Positions 1-10,489 of a DNA stretch of 64,000 bases are shown here, one piece after another. This DNA comes from Candidatus Latescibacterota bacterium. Its GTDB lineage: Bacteria > Latescibacterota > UBA2968 > UBA8231. Position 1 is the first letter of the stretch. The number at the start of each line of letters is the position of its first letter. Made by a program: the position numbers and the translations under genes. The notes beneath the pieces were generated by a model that did no database searches, had not been told where the DNA came from, and saw only the letters and a program-made list of their open reading frames with translations. The stretch covers positions 3,936,001-4,000,000 of the forward strand of contig OZ241362.1 of NCBI GenBank assembly GCA_965200315.1, in the 5' to 3' direction.

Positions 1-1829
1 GCAGTTTGTTGTTCTGGTTCAAGGTGCCGGCTTTTTTTGCGGACAACGGAGACACGGTCATCGTCACCAATACATACGCCAGCCTAGACGTGGCCGGCGA
101 CTATGTGATCGAGCTATCCGAGGTTTTTGACGGCCTCTCAAGGAATCCGGCGACCTATTTCTATACTGTAGCCCAGTCGCACGGCCGGCCGGCTAATCTC
201 AACGACTTCAAACGGGTGCGGGTACATTATGGCCGCCAGACAGGCCGTACTCTTGCCAGTGCCCATCTAAATTGGAACATTCGCGGCTTCTCACTGAATA
301 CCGAATACGTGCGCAATTTCTCGTACCGGGCCTATCCATCTCTAGTGAGCACCAAGAACCGCCATATGTCAGACCAAAGCCAAGCGTGGTTTGCCGTTTT
401 ACGCCGGGATTGGGATAGGTTCAGTATCGGCGGCGAGGTATTTAATGTAGATGGTGAATACTCTACTGTCTTGACGGTACAGGACGATGATTTTAGGAGT
501 TATTCTGGTTTTCTCACTAGCCCCTTTCAGTTCCCCAATAACTATCACGAACCGCGCCTGCCCACATTTATTGGCCCGAACATAGCGGATCAGACCTATA
601 CACTTGAATTCAATACCGTAGATGATAACGATGATAAGGATCAGTTCCCCGACTCGTATTTTCTCCGTCGGACGACAAATCTAGCAACCGGAGGACGCTT
701 TATCGAAGATCCCGATGGGGTATTCCCGGGCCTCGATGCCGATTTGAATGGCCGTCCAGACATCAACGAGAACAACAACCAGATCCCCGACTACTTTGAG
801 CCTTTCTTGCTCTACGATGTCAACCCCGACGCCTTTGAATGGGGGGACGACACTAACAACAACGGCAAGATCGACGAGCGCGAGAATGACGAAAAGCCAG
901 ACTATCCCTACGATGCGGACCGCCGCGGCTTCCACGGTTTTACAACCCTTCTTCTGACCAGAGCCATGTCTGTGACGCTGGGCCATCACAATACTTGGGC
1001 ACCTTTGGGGGGTGGTCAGGCAACATCTACCTATGGCAAGGTTGAGTATCGTCGTCGCATCCCTTTTCTGGTAGATCTGTACGCAGTGGAACGGATCAAA
1101 CGCGTACAAGACGACATTGCCGACGACGTGTTTGGTCTCAGGCGCAGCCCTATCTATTTCGAGCCCGACGTGATCCCCATAGTAGCACTGACGGACGAGG
1201 AGATTTTCAACCCGCTGGGCAAGGCCGAATTGCTACAGGATCCGTTGCTAATGCAAGATAGCTGGGTGAATACGTTTTTTACGAGGGCCCGTTTGATTCG
1301 CGTCCCCAACCTGAGTGTAGAACTGACACTCAAATACGATAATAACTTTCAGCAAAGCACTTCCCTGCAAGCGGACAACAGGATATCCGATCTAGCCACG
1401 GTCTTCAAAGCCGACTACCAGTGGAATCCGTGGCGCGAACTACGGGTAATCCCGCAGTTCAAATGGCTGCGGCAACGCTTACAAGATGACGAAAACGCGC
1501 TCTTGCCGATCCACGAGGATTTTCTCTATCCCATTTTGCGGTTGGAATATCCGCTTTCCTCTCGCACGACGATAAAATTGGGTGCCCAAGGCTTTTCGTT
1601 TTTCACCAGCAAGTACCGCAATGAATTGACACCGGACGCGGATTTCGATTCCGAGGTGTATCTGCTACTGTTGAGCAACAATTCTACCTACGTCGGTTAT
1701 CAGCTCAACCTCAATCTGGGATACGAGAAACGCACGCGAACATTCCTAGATCAGAAGCGCAGTACCCAGGATATCGATTTCTCGCGCCTGTTCCTGCGCT
1801 TGATTGTCGGGCTGCGGCCTTTGTATTGA
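1..1829 (+). CDS. Large hypothetical envelope protein, 5'-truncated by the window edge; Asp/Asn-rich Ca-binding-like repeats and probable C-terminal beta-barrel; paralog of the next gene
   Basis: ORF of >600 aa open from the window start. Contains DDNDDKDQFPD...DPDGVFPGLDADLNGRPD...RENDEKPDYPYD. The C-terminal third alternates hydrophobic/aromatic residues. Collinear similarity with ORF 1831..4953. Confidence 0.75.
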   Translation, partial: SLLFWFKVPAFFADNGDTVIVTNTYASLDVAGDYVIELSEVFDGLSRNPATYFYTVAQSHGRPANLNDFKRVRVHYGRQTGRTLASAHLNWNIRGFSLNTEYVRNFSYRAYPSLVSTKNRHMSDQSQAWFAVLRRDWDRFSIGGEVFNVDGEYSTVLTVQDDDFRSYSGFLTSPFQFPNNYHEPRLPTFIGPNIADQTYTLEFNTVDDNDDKDQFPDSYFLRRTTNLATGGRFIEDPDGVFPGLDADLNGRPDINENNNQIPDYFEPFLLYDVNPDAFEWGDDTNNNGKIDERENDEKPDYPYDADRRGFHGFTTLLLTRAMSVTLGHHNTWAPLGGGQATSTYGKVEYRRRIPFLVDLYAVERIKRVQDDIADDVFGLRRSPIYFEPDVIPIVALTDEEIFNPLGKAELLQDPLLMQDSWVNTFFTRARLIRVPNLSVELTLKYDNNFQQSTSLQADNRISDLATVFKADYQWNPWRELRVIPQFKWLRQRLQDDENALLPIHEDFLYPILRLEYPLSSRTTIKLGAQGFSFFTSKYRNELTPDADFDSEVYLLLLSNNSTYVGYQLNLNLGYEKRTRTFLDQKRSTQDIDFSRLFLRLIVGLRPLY

Positions 1830-1830
1830 G

Positions 1831-4800
1831 ATGTTCAAAATGGTGTTTAGGGTGCTTAGAAATATCTCAAATGCGACAAAAATACTCCGGCTAGGTGCCT
1901 GCGGACTGGCACTGCTGTTATTCTTGTGTACCGGCACTTTTGCCCAAGAGCTTGAGGACTCGCCCGAACATCCCCGCTTGGGTCCGCCGCGCCTACTTTT
2001 GGACCAGCCCTATATAGGACAATTCGGGCAGGAGTACTATCAGAACTACGGGTTTGAAGATTACTCCAGACAACCTCCTACTACCAGCAATCTGCGCAAC
2101 TTTTACAATTCATTAGGGGATCCTCTCCTGTATGGGACCGAGTCCATCCGCTGGGTGGAACGCCACGGGTTGGGAGTACGGCGCGGCTTCAGTTCCCAAT
2201 CAGAGGGTTTCTCTCATGGACAAGCTCCCGGGTCCAGTTATGGCAGTCTTTTTAATTATGTCATTGTCGGTACCGACGGCACCGACGCTTGGCAGGCGCG
2301 AGCCATCTATGCCAACGAACTGCGCTCAAAGTTCACGCCTCTCACATTTAAAATGGCCAATGTCGATGGCCTGAGAATCGATGTAGGTACGGAGCAGGAC
2401 AAGTTCTCGGCCATAGCCTCCAACTTGGTGCCCAACAACACCTTTATTGTCAATACCATGATGCTGGGCACGCACTACGAACGCAAGTTGGGCTTCCTCA
2501 ATTTTGGCACCACCTTTCTCAACGCACACCAGTTCGAACCCCGTATGGAGAGCGGGCATCGGACACTTAAAGGCGTGGTAGGCGCAGTGCAACGCTCGAC
2601 CGCCCTAGTGGCCATCCGCATTTCGGATGGTTCGCCGCAGGACGGCCGCGGCGGTCCAGTGCTGCATGGGGTCAAGGTATTCGTCAATGGCGTTCACAGG
2701 CCCGAAGCGAAACCCTTCGTCATCCGTTTGCGAAGGCGCGGCGCTGAACGTCAAAGTTATATGGCCGGTCTGCTGCGCAGCGGAGATCGTCGGCCTTTGC
2801 CAGAGTTGGACAACGACTACCAAGCCATCAATCGGGGAGCGGTATGGAACACTTACGATCCGTACATCAACTATGCTTCTTTTGACACCGATGTATTCTA
2901 TCGGGGGTACGAGTTCCCTTTCTGGATTGATCATCTCTTCTACCGGGATTTCAAGCTCTACGGTGCCGATCATGTACTCAACGCCGACGAGGAAATCAGC
3001 GTCAACTCCGAATTCGCCCACGAACTGAGCGAATTCGATCCCACGACCAACCCAGAAGGCCAGTTTTTCGGACTGCATTCTCTGGCGGATCTGCCGCAGA
3101 CGTTCGACGGTGAAGAGTACGGCATCCTCTATGTCGATCTGGAACCGTTCCAAGAACAGATCACTTCGGTAAATATCGAACTGGAACTGGCCAATGACTA
3201 CCATGTCGAGGTGTCTGAGATCGACCTATCAGGAGAAGCTGGAGATACGCCCAATCCCAACTACAGGGACCGCTACAATTATGCGACCTTTTTCCGCACT
3301 GTAGCCACAACACCGGGCAACCCGCAAGACGGCCGGGTCCGAACTGTGCGCGTCAAGGTGGGTGCCCCTACTGGCTTGAGCATCTATAGCACCAATGTAT
3401 ACGGCGTTTTAAAAGGGTTTGAAATAAATGGTGAGTTCAGCCGCAGCAACAGCTTCTACCAATATGCCAGCGGCATGCCCGCCCCGCGCGTACCCTCCGA
3501 AGCACTCAGCGTCAATGCCCTTAATCGCGAACAGTTTCCTGGGACTCGGTCCACCATCGCCGACAATGCCTATTACTTGACGATTAAACGCGATTTCGAC
3601 CGTTTGGGCTTGGGTGCTGAGTTGTTTTCTATGGGGGCTCTCTACAACACGGAGTTGCGTACCTATATAGGCCGCAGTGAAAACAATTTCGGCAGCTTGG
3701 TCGCCTACAATAATGTGTATCTACACCGCCTAGTCGAGGACAACGACGACAACGACCGCTATCCAGACAGTTGGTACACCAATAGGCCGACCATATTCCA
3801 AGGACAATCCGACATCGACGGCATCTTTCCCGGGCTTGATGAGGACCGGGACGGCATACCCGACACCAACAGAAATTTCAATGGCACTCCAGATTACCTC
3901 GAACCGTTCCTCATGTACGATTCCGATCCCCAGATCTACGACTACGGCCTCGATCTCAACCACAATGACTTCATCGACGTACGAGAAAACGACATCCAGC
4001 CTGATCTTCCCTACGATCCTGGGTTGCGAGGCCGCCACCTGTACGGGACTTTCGAGCCCATCCACAGGGCGCGTATAACATTGGGAGTCATGGACGCAGA
4101 GCAAATCGCGGCCAATGACCCCAGCGATTTTTACTACGGCAATCTGGGATACGAGCGGCAGATACCTGCCCTAGGTCAATTCTTTGGCGTGCTGTCGGTA
4201 GAACGGGTGGAAGATGGTGTAGCCGATCCCCTTAGCATTTACAGCGATGAGGTGCTCACCCCGGCCCAGCAACTTGAGCGCGAATTCGCCGGCTTACAGC
4301 GCAATATACAGCTCTCTCCTTTCCTAGAGGAACCGCGAGACGATCCACTGCTGTTCAAGAACAGTACCTACACTCGGATGTTCGTCGACGCCCGCTGGAA
4401 GGCCGTGCCAAACCTGAAGATCCACAACAAAGTCAAGTACGAGATCAATTCGCAACACGAAGGCGAACTCTACGACGGCACCTTCCAAGAAGGCAATCGC
4501 TTGTCGCGTCTGACCATGGTCCACAAGGCGGATTACTTGTGGCAGATAAGGTCTCGGCTCAGTCTGTTTTCCGGTCTTAAGTTTCGCTATCTAAAAGAGT
4601 GGCAAAAAACGAACGATCTAGCCATGGCACAGGAACGCCATATCATCCCGCTGCTGAAACTGCAGTACGAACTGACGCTAAGGACGCGTTTCCAACTCGG
4701 TATTCAAGGACTCGGCATGGCTTTGCCTTATTCGGTGACCAATGAAATACAGCCGATAAACAATTTTGAACAGTACGACGTGATGTTAATGATAACGAAC

Positions 4801-4953
4801 AATTCTCAATACTTCGGTTACATCATTTCTACTAACGCGGGCATCGGTCGCCGTGTCAAGAAATTCGACGACCCAACTCGAGGCGAGATAAAAGACGAAG
4901 ATTTCACCTCCGCTTTTATTAATGTAATCCTAGGATTCGTAGATGAAACCTGA
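1831..4953 (+). CDS. Large secreted/outer-membrane protein (~1040 aa) with Ca-binding-like repeats and probable C-terminal beta-barrel
   Basis: ATG at 1831, 1 nt after the upstream stop. Signal peptide-like ACGLALLLFLCTGTFA-QE. Shares the EDNDDNDRYPD...DIDGIFPGLDEDRDGIPD...RENDIQPDLPYD block with ORF1. Confidence 0.75.
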   Translation: MFKMVFRVLRNISNATKILRLGACGLALLLFLCTGTFAQELEDSPEHPRLGPPRLLLDQPYIGQFGQEYYQNYGFEDYSRQPPTTSNLRNFYNSLGDPLLYGTESIRWVERHGLGVRRGFSSQSEGFSHGQAPGSSYGSLFNYVIVGTDGTDAWQARAIYANELRSKFTPLTFKMANVDGLRIDVGTEQDKFSAIASNLVPNNTFIVNTMMLGTHYERKLGFLNFGTTFLNAHQFEPRMESGHRTLKGVVGAVQRSTALVAIRISDGSPQDGRGGPVLHGVKVFVNGVHRPEAKPFVIRLRRRGAERQSYMAGLLRSGDRRPLPELDNDYQAINRGAVWNTYDPYINYASFDTDVFYRGYEFPFWIDHLFYRDFKLYGADHVLNADEEISVNSEFAHELSEFDPTTNPEGQFFGLHSLADLPQTFDGEEYGILYVDLEPFQEQITSVNIELELANDYHVEVSEIDLSGEAGDTPNPNYRDRYNYATFFRTVATTPGNPQDGRVRTVRVKVGAPTGLSIYSTNVYGVLKGFEINGEFSRSNSFYQYASGMPAPRVPSEALSVNALNREQFPGTRSTIADNAYYLTIKRDFDRLGLGAELFSMGALYNTELRTYIGRSENNFGSLVAYNNVYLHRLVEDNDDNDRYPDSWYTNRPTIFQGQSDIDGIFPGLDEDRDGIPDTNRNFNGTPDYLEPFLMYDSDPQIYDYGLDLNHNDFIDVRENDIQPDLPYDPGLRGRHLYGTFEPIHRARITLGVMDAEQIAANDPSDFYYGNLGYERQIPALGQFFGVLSVERVEDGVADPLSIYSDEVLTPAQQLEREFAGLQRNIQLSPFLEEPRDDPLLFKNSTYTRMFVDARWKAVPNLKIHNKVKYEINSQHEGELYDGTFQEGNRLSRLTMVHKADYLWQIRSRLSLFSGLKFRYLKEWQKTNDLAMAQERHIIPLLKLQYELTLRTRFQLGIQGLGMALPYSVTNEIQPINNFEQYDVMLMITNNSQYFGYIISTNAGIGRRVKKFDDPTRGEIKDEDFTSAFINVILGFVDET

Positions 4954-4978
4954 TCGGCAATTTGGGAGATAACGCGCT

Positions 4979-7900
4979 ATGAATCTGACCCTAATCGTAG
5001 GCCTGCTCACTATAGCCGGAGCATATTTTGCTGCCCGTACGCCGAGCGAAGAAGAACTGGTGGCCTCATTTCAAGAAGCCCAGCGGTTCTATGCCGAAGG
5101 TGCCTATGACCAAGCCATTGCAGAGTACACAGCCGTCACCCGGGTGCAGAGCAAGGTCCTAGCTGTACAGAATATAGAGGTAATAGTAGGTGAGGAGCGT
5201 TTCTCCCTCAGAGATGCTGCGTTCTATCAAATCGGTAACGCCCATTCAAAGCTCTATCAGGACTACACTCGCTTTGCCGAAGAGAGCCCTAATGTCGAAA
5301 AAAGGGCCGAGTACCAAGTCCTGTCAGACAGTACTTTTGCCCGGGCTGTGGCCGAGTTCCGCCACGTGATCGAAACAGCTACCAGTCAGGTGCTCCGGAT
5401 TCGAGCCCACAGCCGACTCATTGATCTTTTCTTTACGGCTAAAGCCTATCCCAAAGTGATCGCTACATCTCAGGAGATGATCGCCAATTATCCCAACAGT
5501 TCTCAAATCGTAAATGCCTACTACAATACGGGATGGGCCTACTACGAGACCAAAAATTATGATCGCGCCGTCCAATCTTTTGAGGCCCTGCTGTTGCGCT
5601 TTTCTACCGGCTACCAGTCCGATCGCAGCCTTTTTCAAATTGGCGAGTGTCATCGGGAGCGGGGAGACTGTCTGCAGGCTATCGACTACTACCGCCGCTT
5701 AGTGGAGCGTCAGCGCATCGAAGCGCTCACTGAAGATGAGCTGTTGCAGATGAAGCGGGAAAAAATGGCCGGTCTGGTGGATGAGACAGCCTTGGAATTG
5801 GCGGCCAAGGCCATGATTCGCGTTGGCACCTGTTACGCCCAGCTAGGCAGTTTCGAGGAAGGGCTCCAAGCCTATCACCGCGTCATTGACTTGTTCAGCA
5901 CCGAGCGCAGTCTGGTAGAAGAAGCCTATTTGCGCATGGCCGACCTGTATCGGGAACAGGGGAATCTAGACGCCGCGCTACAGACCTATCGCGAGGCCAT
6001 CGATCAGTCGCAAGATCGCACTCTAAAAGCGCGCATCCAGTATGCTCTTGCTGAACGCCTGTTTAGTCAGGGGCTTTACGAGCAGGCGATTCAAGAATAC
6101 CGGATTTATCTCCAAGGCTACGGCGATATCGCGCAGGTGGTAGGTTTTAGCCAAGATCGCGTACGCTACCGAATTGGCAGCAGCCATCAACAGTTGGGTC
6201 AACAGTATCTGGAGGCGGGCAATAGACCAGCGGCCACTGGGCAGTTAGGGTACGCTATTGCCCAGTACGACACCTTGTACGACGCTGCTAGTTCTTACGT
6301 CCTAGACTCCCAGTTCAACCGCGCCCTAGCCCATCAAGCATTAGCCACCACTTCATCGGTGGCGCACGCCCGCACCGCGTACGAAACGATTATCCAAGAG
6401 GACGAAGAAGCAAGATATACTCAACGAGCACTAGTGCAACTAGCCGAACTGCTGTTTGAGCAGGGCCAGTACGCCGCCGCCGCCGAACGGGCTGAGCAGT
6501 TATTGCGCACTTATGTAAACAGTGAATTCACCAACGAAGCCCTGATGCGCTTGGCTCTTTCCCGTCAAGCCGAAGGGGATCTGGATCGAGCTGGCGTCGC
6601 CTTCCTGCGAGTCGCTTCGGAGTCGCCTTATTTCGTCCAAGCGCGTATCGGTGGCGGGCATGTCTTTTTGACACAGGGCAAGTACTCTGAGGCCATAGCT
6701 GCCCTCGAACCGGCTTTTGACCAAGTGGAGGATGAGAAACAGCTTGGCAGCTACCACTATTTGCTGGGACAGGCTTATAGCGGACAGGAGGAAGATCGTC
6801 GGGCGATCACTCATTTTACCGAGGCTTTGGGACTATCGCTAGACAGCAAACTGGTAGAGGCCCTCCACTTGAGTCGCAGCAATACCGCCTTTGCCTTGGA
6901 GGACTACCAACAAGGCGAGCAAGATCTGAACTGGATCATTGAGAACGTAGAGGATGAGGAAAAAGTTCGCTTCGCCCGCAATGCGCTAGCGTTTTCTTAT
7001 ATCAAACAGAACCGAGGTGGAGATGCGGTCCAAGTGTTGGATGAAATGGTCGCCCAAGCCGATGGCCCAAAGGAAAAGGCGGACCTGCTCAATCGCATGA
7101 TGGATCTCCACTACGACCAAGACAACTACCCGCAGACAGTGCGCACAGCCCGGCAACTGCTGGCTCTGGACTTTGCCGACGAAAGTGCCTCCGGCCCGAA
7201 CGGCATTAAGGAGAAAGCCTATTTCATTTTAGGGGACGCATTGTTGCGTTTGGGCCAGAACGCAGAGGCTATTGACGTTTTTAATCAAGCACTGAACGCA
7301 TATCCGAATTCTCGCTTTGCCCAGGATATGCAGTTGGCTCTCGGTACGCACTATTTTTCTCAGGGAGAGCTCGACCGAGCCGTAGAGATATTTACCCAGT
7401 TGAAGGGCATAGAACAGACTTCGGAGAAAGCCCTGTTGGTTTCTTTTTATTTAGCCAACGCCCATTATAGCCTACGTGAATTCGCCCAAGCGCAGGTGCT
7501 TTTCCAGCAGCTATTAGCAGATTACCCCAATGTACGCGAACTGCCCGATATTCTTTTCGGCCTAGCAGAGAGTTTGTACCAACAAGGTCAATACGCAGAG
7601 GCCATAGTCTATTACCAGCGCCTCCTCGGCAACTTCCCGGACGAGCCTTCCGCCGACGACGCCCAGTACAATATGGCTTGGTGTCTTATCGAGCTTAAGC
7701 GAGAAGATCAGGCCATGCAGGCATTTCGCACGCTGCTAGCGCGTTATCCCCAGAGCGAGTTCTCCGCTTCAGTCCAGTTCACCTTCGGGGATTACGCGTA
7801 TAATCGCGGCGACTACCAAGAGGCAATGCGGTTATATTTACTCGTCCAAGAACGTTTTCCCACTGCTGAGGTGGCATCTCAGGTGCCCCGCTTGGTAGCC

Positions 7901-8221
7901 GAACTCAGGGAGGCAATCGCGTATGAACGCTACGAACAGGGCATCGCCCTGATGGACTCGGCCGAAGTGACCAAGGAGACTCAGTACTATCAGCAGGCCG
8001 TGGAGATTTTCCAAGATGTGATCGACAACTATCCCAGCACCGAGAGCGAGGTCGGCGCGCTGAGCAATATGGGCGTATGCTTGGAAGGGTTGGGGAAATG
8101 GCAGCAGGCCGTAGAAGTGTACGACCGCGTAATTCAATTATTCGAGGATAAACGCGCCACTAGGGATGCCTTTCTATTTGCCCAATCCCACCGGGATTGG
8201 ATCATCTCCACCCGGCTCTGA
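4979..8221 (+). CDS. Tetratricopeptide repeat protein (CpoB/BamD-like repeats), 1080 aa, with N-terminal signal/anchor
   Basis: Many TPR units ending in YP.S/FP.. turns (e.g. AYYNTGWAYY, LFGLAESLYQQGQYAEA, AQYNMAWC); hydrophobic N-terminus; GGGAG RBS. Confidence 0.9.
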   Translation: MNLTLIVGLLTIAGAYFAARTPSEEELVASFQEAQRFYAEGAYDQAIAEYTAVTRVQSKVLAVQNIEVIVGEERFSLRDAAFYQIGNAHSKLYQDYTRFAEESPNVEKRAEYQVLSDSTFARAVAEFRHVIETATSQVLRIRAHSRLIDLFFTAKAYPKVIATSQEMIANYPNSSQIVNAYYNTGWAYYETKNYDRAVQSFEALLLRFSTGYQSDRSLFQIGECHRERGDCLQAIDYYRRLVERQRIEALTEDELLQMKREKMAGLVDETALELAAKAMIRVGTCYAQLGSFEEGLQAYHRVIDLFSTERSLVEEAYLRMADLYREQGNLDAALQTYREAIDQSQDRTLKARIQYALAERLFSQGLYEQAIQEYRIYLQGYGDIAQVVGFSQDRVRYRIGSSHQQLGQQYLEAGNRPAATGQLGYAIAQYDTLYDAASSYVLDSQFNRALAHQALATTSSVAHARTAYETIIQEDEEARYTQRALVQLAELLFEQGQYAAAAERAEQLLRTYVNSEFTNEALMRLALSRQAEGDLDRAGVAFLRVASESPYFVQARIGGGHVFLTQGKYSEAIAALEPAFDQVEDEKQLGSYHYLLGQAYSGQEEDRRAITHFTEALGLSLDSKLVEALHLSRSNTAFALEDYQQGEQDLNWIIENVEDEEKVRFARNALAFSYIKQNRGGDAVQVLDEMVAQADGPKEKADLLNRMMDLHYDQDNYPQTVRTARQLLALDFADESASGPNGIKEKAYFILGDALLRLGQNAEAIDVFNQALNAYPNSRFAQDMQLALGTHYFSQGELDRAVEIFTQLKGIEQTSEKALLVSFYLANAHYSLREFAQAQVLFQQLLADYPNVRELPDILFGLAESLYQQGQYAEAIVYYQRLLGNFPDEPSADDAQYNMAWCLIELKREDQAMQAFRTLLARYPQSEFSASVQFTFGDYAYNRGDYQEAMRLYLLVQERFPTAEVASQVPRLVAELREAIAYERYEQGIALMDSAEVTKETQYYQQAVEIFQDVIDNYPSTESEVGALSNMGVCLEGLGKWQQAVEVYDRVIQLFEDKRATRDAFLFAQSHRDWIISTRL

Positions 8222-8240
8222 GTAGGAAGGTCGCATAACA

Positions 8241-8807
8241 ATGGAAATGCGTTTCAAACAGCGCTGGCACTTGGTTATTCTAAGTAGCGTCTTGATGCTG
8301 GCCTCCAGCCAGCGTCTCCATGCCCAAGTAGGGACGGATAACCAGCCCAAGGCGGCCTCAAGCGATATATCCCATCCTCGGGTCGTCGCTCTTTCGGTCG
8401 CCTTTCCAGGTTTGGGACAACTGGCTGCAGGGCATCGAGTCAAGGGTACGGCCCTAGTGGCAACCGGTATCGCAACCATAGTGGGGTGGCTCACCTCGCA
8501 CGCCGATTACAATACGCAGGCCAATCAGTTCGCCTTAGAAAAAGAACGCTATCTTTCGCTGCAAAACGGGGGCTCCTTTGACGCGGCGGAAAAAAGCTGG
8601 CGACGACTCGATAATTTAAAATCCGATCTGGACGGTTCCCATATCCAGCGCCGCTTATTCGGCGTCCTAGCCGTGGGTATTTACGGCTACAATTTGCTCG
8701 ATGTCCTACTGTTAGATGGAGCGTCTCCTGCTGCGAAGCGGCGAATGCGCGTCGCGCCGTTGCCACAGACCGGAACATCAGGCGTCTTACTGGTTGCCCA
8801 GTTTTAG
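8241..8807 (+). CDS. Hypothetical exported/membrane protein (DUF5683-like)
   Basis: Signal peptide, ALSVAFPGLGQL motif, hydrophobic helices, YGYNLLD, terminal beta-strand ending in F. Confidence 0.6.
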   Translation: MEMRFKQRWHLVILSSVLMLASSQRLHAQVGTDNQPKAASSDISHPRVVALSVAFPGLGQLAAGHRVKGTALVATGIATIVGWLTSHADYNTQANQFALEKERYLSLQNGGSFDAAEKSWRRLDNLKSDLDGSHIQRRLFGVLAVGIYGYNLLDVLLLDGASPAAKRRMRVAPLPQTGTSGVLLVAQF

Positions 8808-8832
8808 CATCTGGCCTAGGGAGAAACTGGAT

Positions 8833-9204
8833 ATGGAAACCCGATTTTATCTTTTACTCGGTCTGCTGATCTGGGGATGTAGCAACGATACTGAGCTACC
8901 TATACAGTACCACCGAGGACATCTTGCTCAGCCTACCATTGTGGAAGCGGTAGCCGAAGAAGGCAAGATCGTAGTTTCATGGGATTTGGATTCAGCAGCT
9001 AATGTGTCCGGTTTTGTTATTAGCTTCACCGATTCGATTGGAGTCGTGCAAACGCGCTCGTTGGAAGATGCAGAGGCAAGGTCCTATGAGGAGACAGACC
9101 TAGATCTGAGCCCAAGAGTCTGGTATCTGATCCAAGTGTGGGCGGTAGATTCCCGCCTGTTTTTCGGACCGCGTTCGGCAGTAGATACGTTGGCGGTTTT
9201 TTAG
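8833..9204 (+). CDS. Lipoprotein with a fibronectin type III-like domain
   Basis: GGAG RBS; METRFYLLLGLLIWG-C lipobox; VVSWD...GFVI...YLIQVWAVD FN3 pattern. Confidence 0.7.
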   Translation: METRFYLLLGLLIWGCSNDTELPIQYHRGHLAQPTIVEAVAEEGKIVVSWDLDSAANVSGFVISFTDSIGVVQTRSLEDAEARSYEETDLDLSPRVWYLIQVWAVDSRLFFGPRSAVDTLAVF

Positions 9205-9245
9205 GCAGCTTCTTCCGAGCATGAACTTAGCAGGAGTGGCGTAGT

Positions 9246-10481
9246 ATGGTCTCAGCTCTAGGCCGTTTTCAAGCGCCAAGTGATCAGTTAAACTTTAACC
9301 GCTTCCTGCGGGAAACCTTCAAATACACCGTCTGGGGGTTACTCATCGGTGCGGGACTGATCGCCGGGGCCTTCGTCTATTGGGTATTGAGTGTCGAGGA
9401 ACGCGACGCACCGGAACCGGCGTTGACCCGACTCATCATTCGCAAACCTAGGGCGACCAAGACTTTTGCGCTCAAACGTCAACGGCTCAGGCCACGGGCA
9501 CTCACCAAGCAGGTCACGGCACTCAAGCCACGGCTGTCCGCGGCGGCGGCTCCACGCCTCAAAGGCTCCAGTGTTTTCGGCAATGTACAGACGTTTGAAT
9601 ACGCCCTGCAGACAGACGTGCCAATCAACCTGAAGACCAGCTCTATCGAATTGTCCGCCGCCAAAATCACCGGCACCAAAGATCCGGAAAAGCGCATTGC
9701 CATGCGCGAGGAATTGATCGATCTGAACGCGCTGGATACAGGCAAATACAAGGGGCTTATCATCCAAGATCCGACTGACCGCCGCAAAGTCAAGGGGTTC
9801 GTCTATTTGGGTACGGCTTGGGCCAACGACCTGAAGCCAACTTTTGACAGCGCTGCCAAGGCGATCCCCAATCTAGTCGACGCCCTCAACGAACAGACGG
9901 GCATCTCGGCCAGAGTAGACGCGCATTTATTTCTCGATTCCCAAGAACTGTTTCGCACGCCTTTTGTGTACATCACCACCACTGAGGCTTTTGAGCTGAC
10001 GGAACGCGAACTAGAGAATCTGGGAGAATATTTGCGGCGGGGCGGGTTCATCTTCGTCGACAATGCCAACCCCACCACAGAATTCAGTCAGGGGGAGGCG
10101 TCTTTGCGACGCATCTTTCGCGGGGCTTTAGGGGCACAAGGCCAACTGCGGCCCATTTCCAATAACCATCCGATCTACCATACCTTTTACGATTTTGACG
10201 GCCCGCCGGTCGGCTCTGAACTAGAGATTCCCAGCTTCTCCGAACAGCGTAGCCTTGATCACTTAGTCATCGCCGAGCAATCGTATTACCTAGAGGGTGT
10301 CTTCCTAGAAGATCGCCTAGTAGCCATGTACTCCGACAAGGGATACGTCCACACTTGGGCGCGCAATTACGGTAATGAACCACAGCTTCGATTTGGCATC
10401 AACGCCGTTATTTTTGCCCTGACGCAGGAAGGCTCCATCGCCCAGCAGCAGATTGATTTCTTCAGTCAGCGGGGCCAATAA
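9246..10481 (+). CDS. Membrane-anchored DUF4159 domain protein
   Basis: N-terminal TM helix and basic/Pro-rich linker, then PFVYIT...ENLGEYLRRGGFIFVDN...HPIYHTFYDF...RFGINAVIFALT, typical of DUF4159. Confidence 0.8.
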   Translation: MVSALGRFQAPSDQLNFNRFLRETFKYTVWGLLIGAGLIAGAFVYWVLSVEERDAPEPALTRLIIRKPRATKTFALKRQRLRPRALTKQVTALKPRLSAAAAPRLKGSSVFGNVQTFEYALQTDVPINLKTSSIELSAAKITGTKDPEKRIAMREELIDLNALDTGKYKGLIIQDPTDRRKVKGFVYLGTAWANDLKPTFDSAAKAIPNLVDALNEQTGISARVDAHLFLDSQELFRTPFVYITTTEAFELTERELENLGEYLRRGGFIFVDNANPTTEFSQGEASLRRIFRGALGAQGQLRPISNNHPIYHTFYDFDGPPVGSELEIPSFSEQRSLDHLVIAEQSYYLEGVFLEDRLVAMYSDKGYVHTWARNYGNEPQLRFGINAVIFALTQEGSIAQQQIDFFSQRGQ

Positions 10482-10489
10482 GAGAGGTA

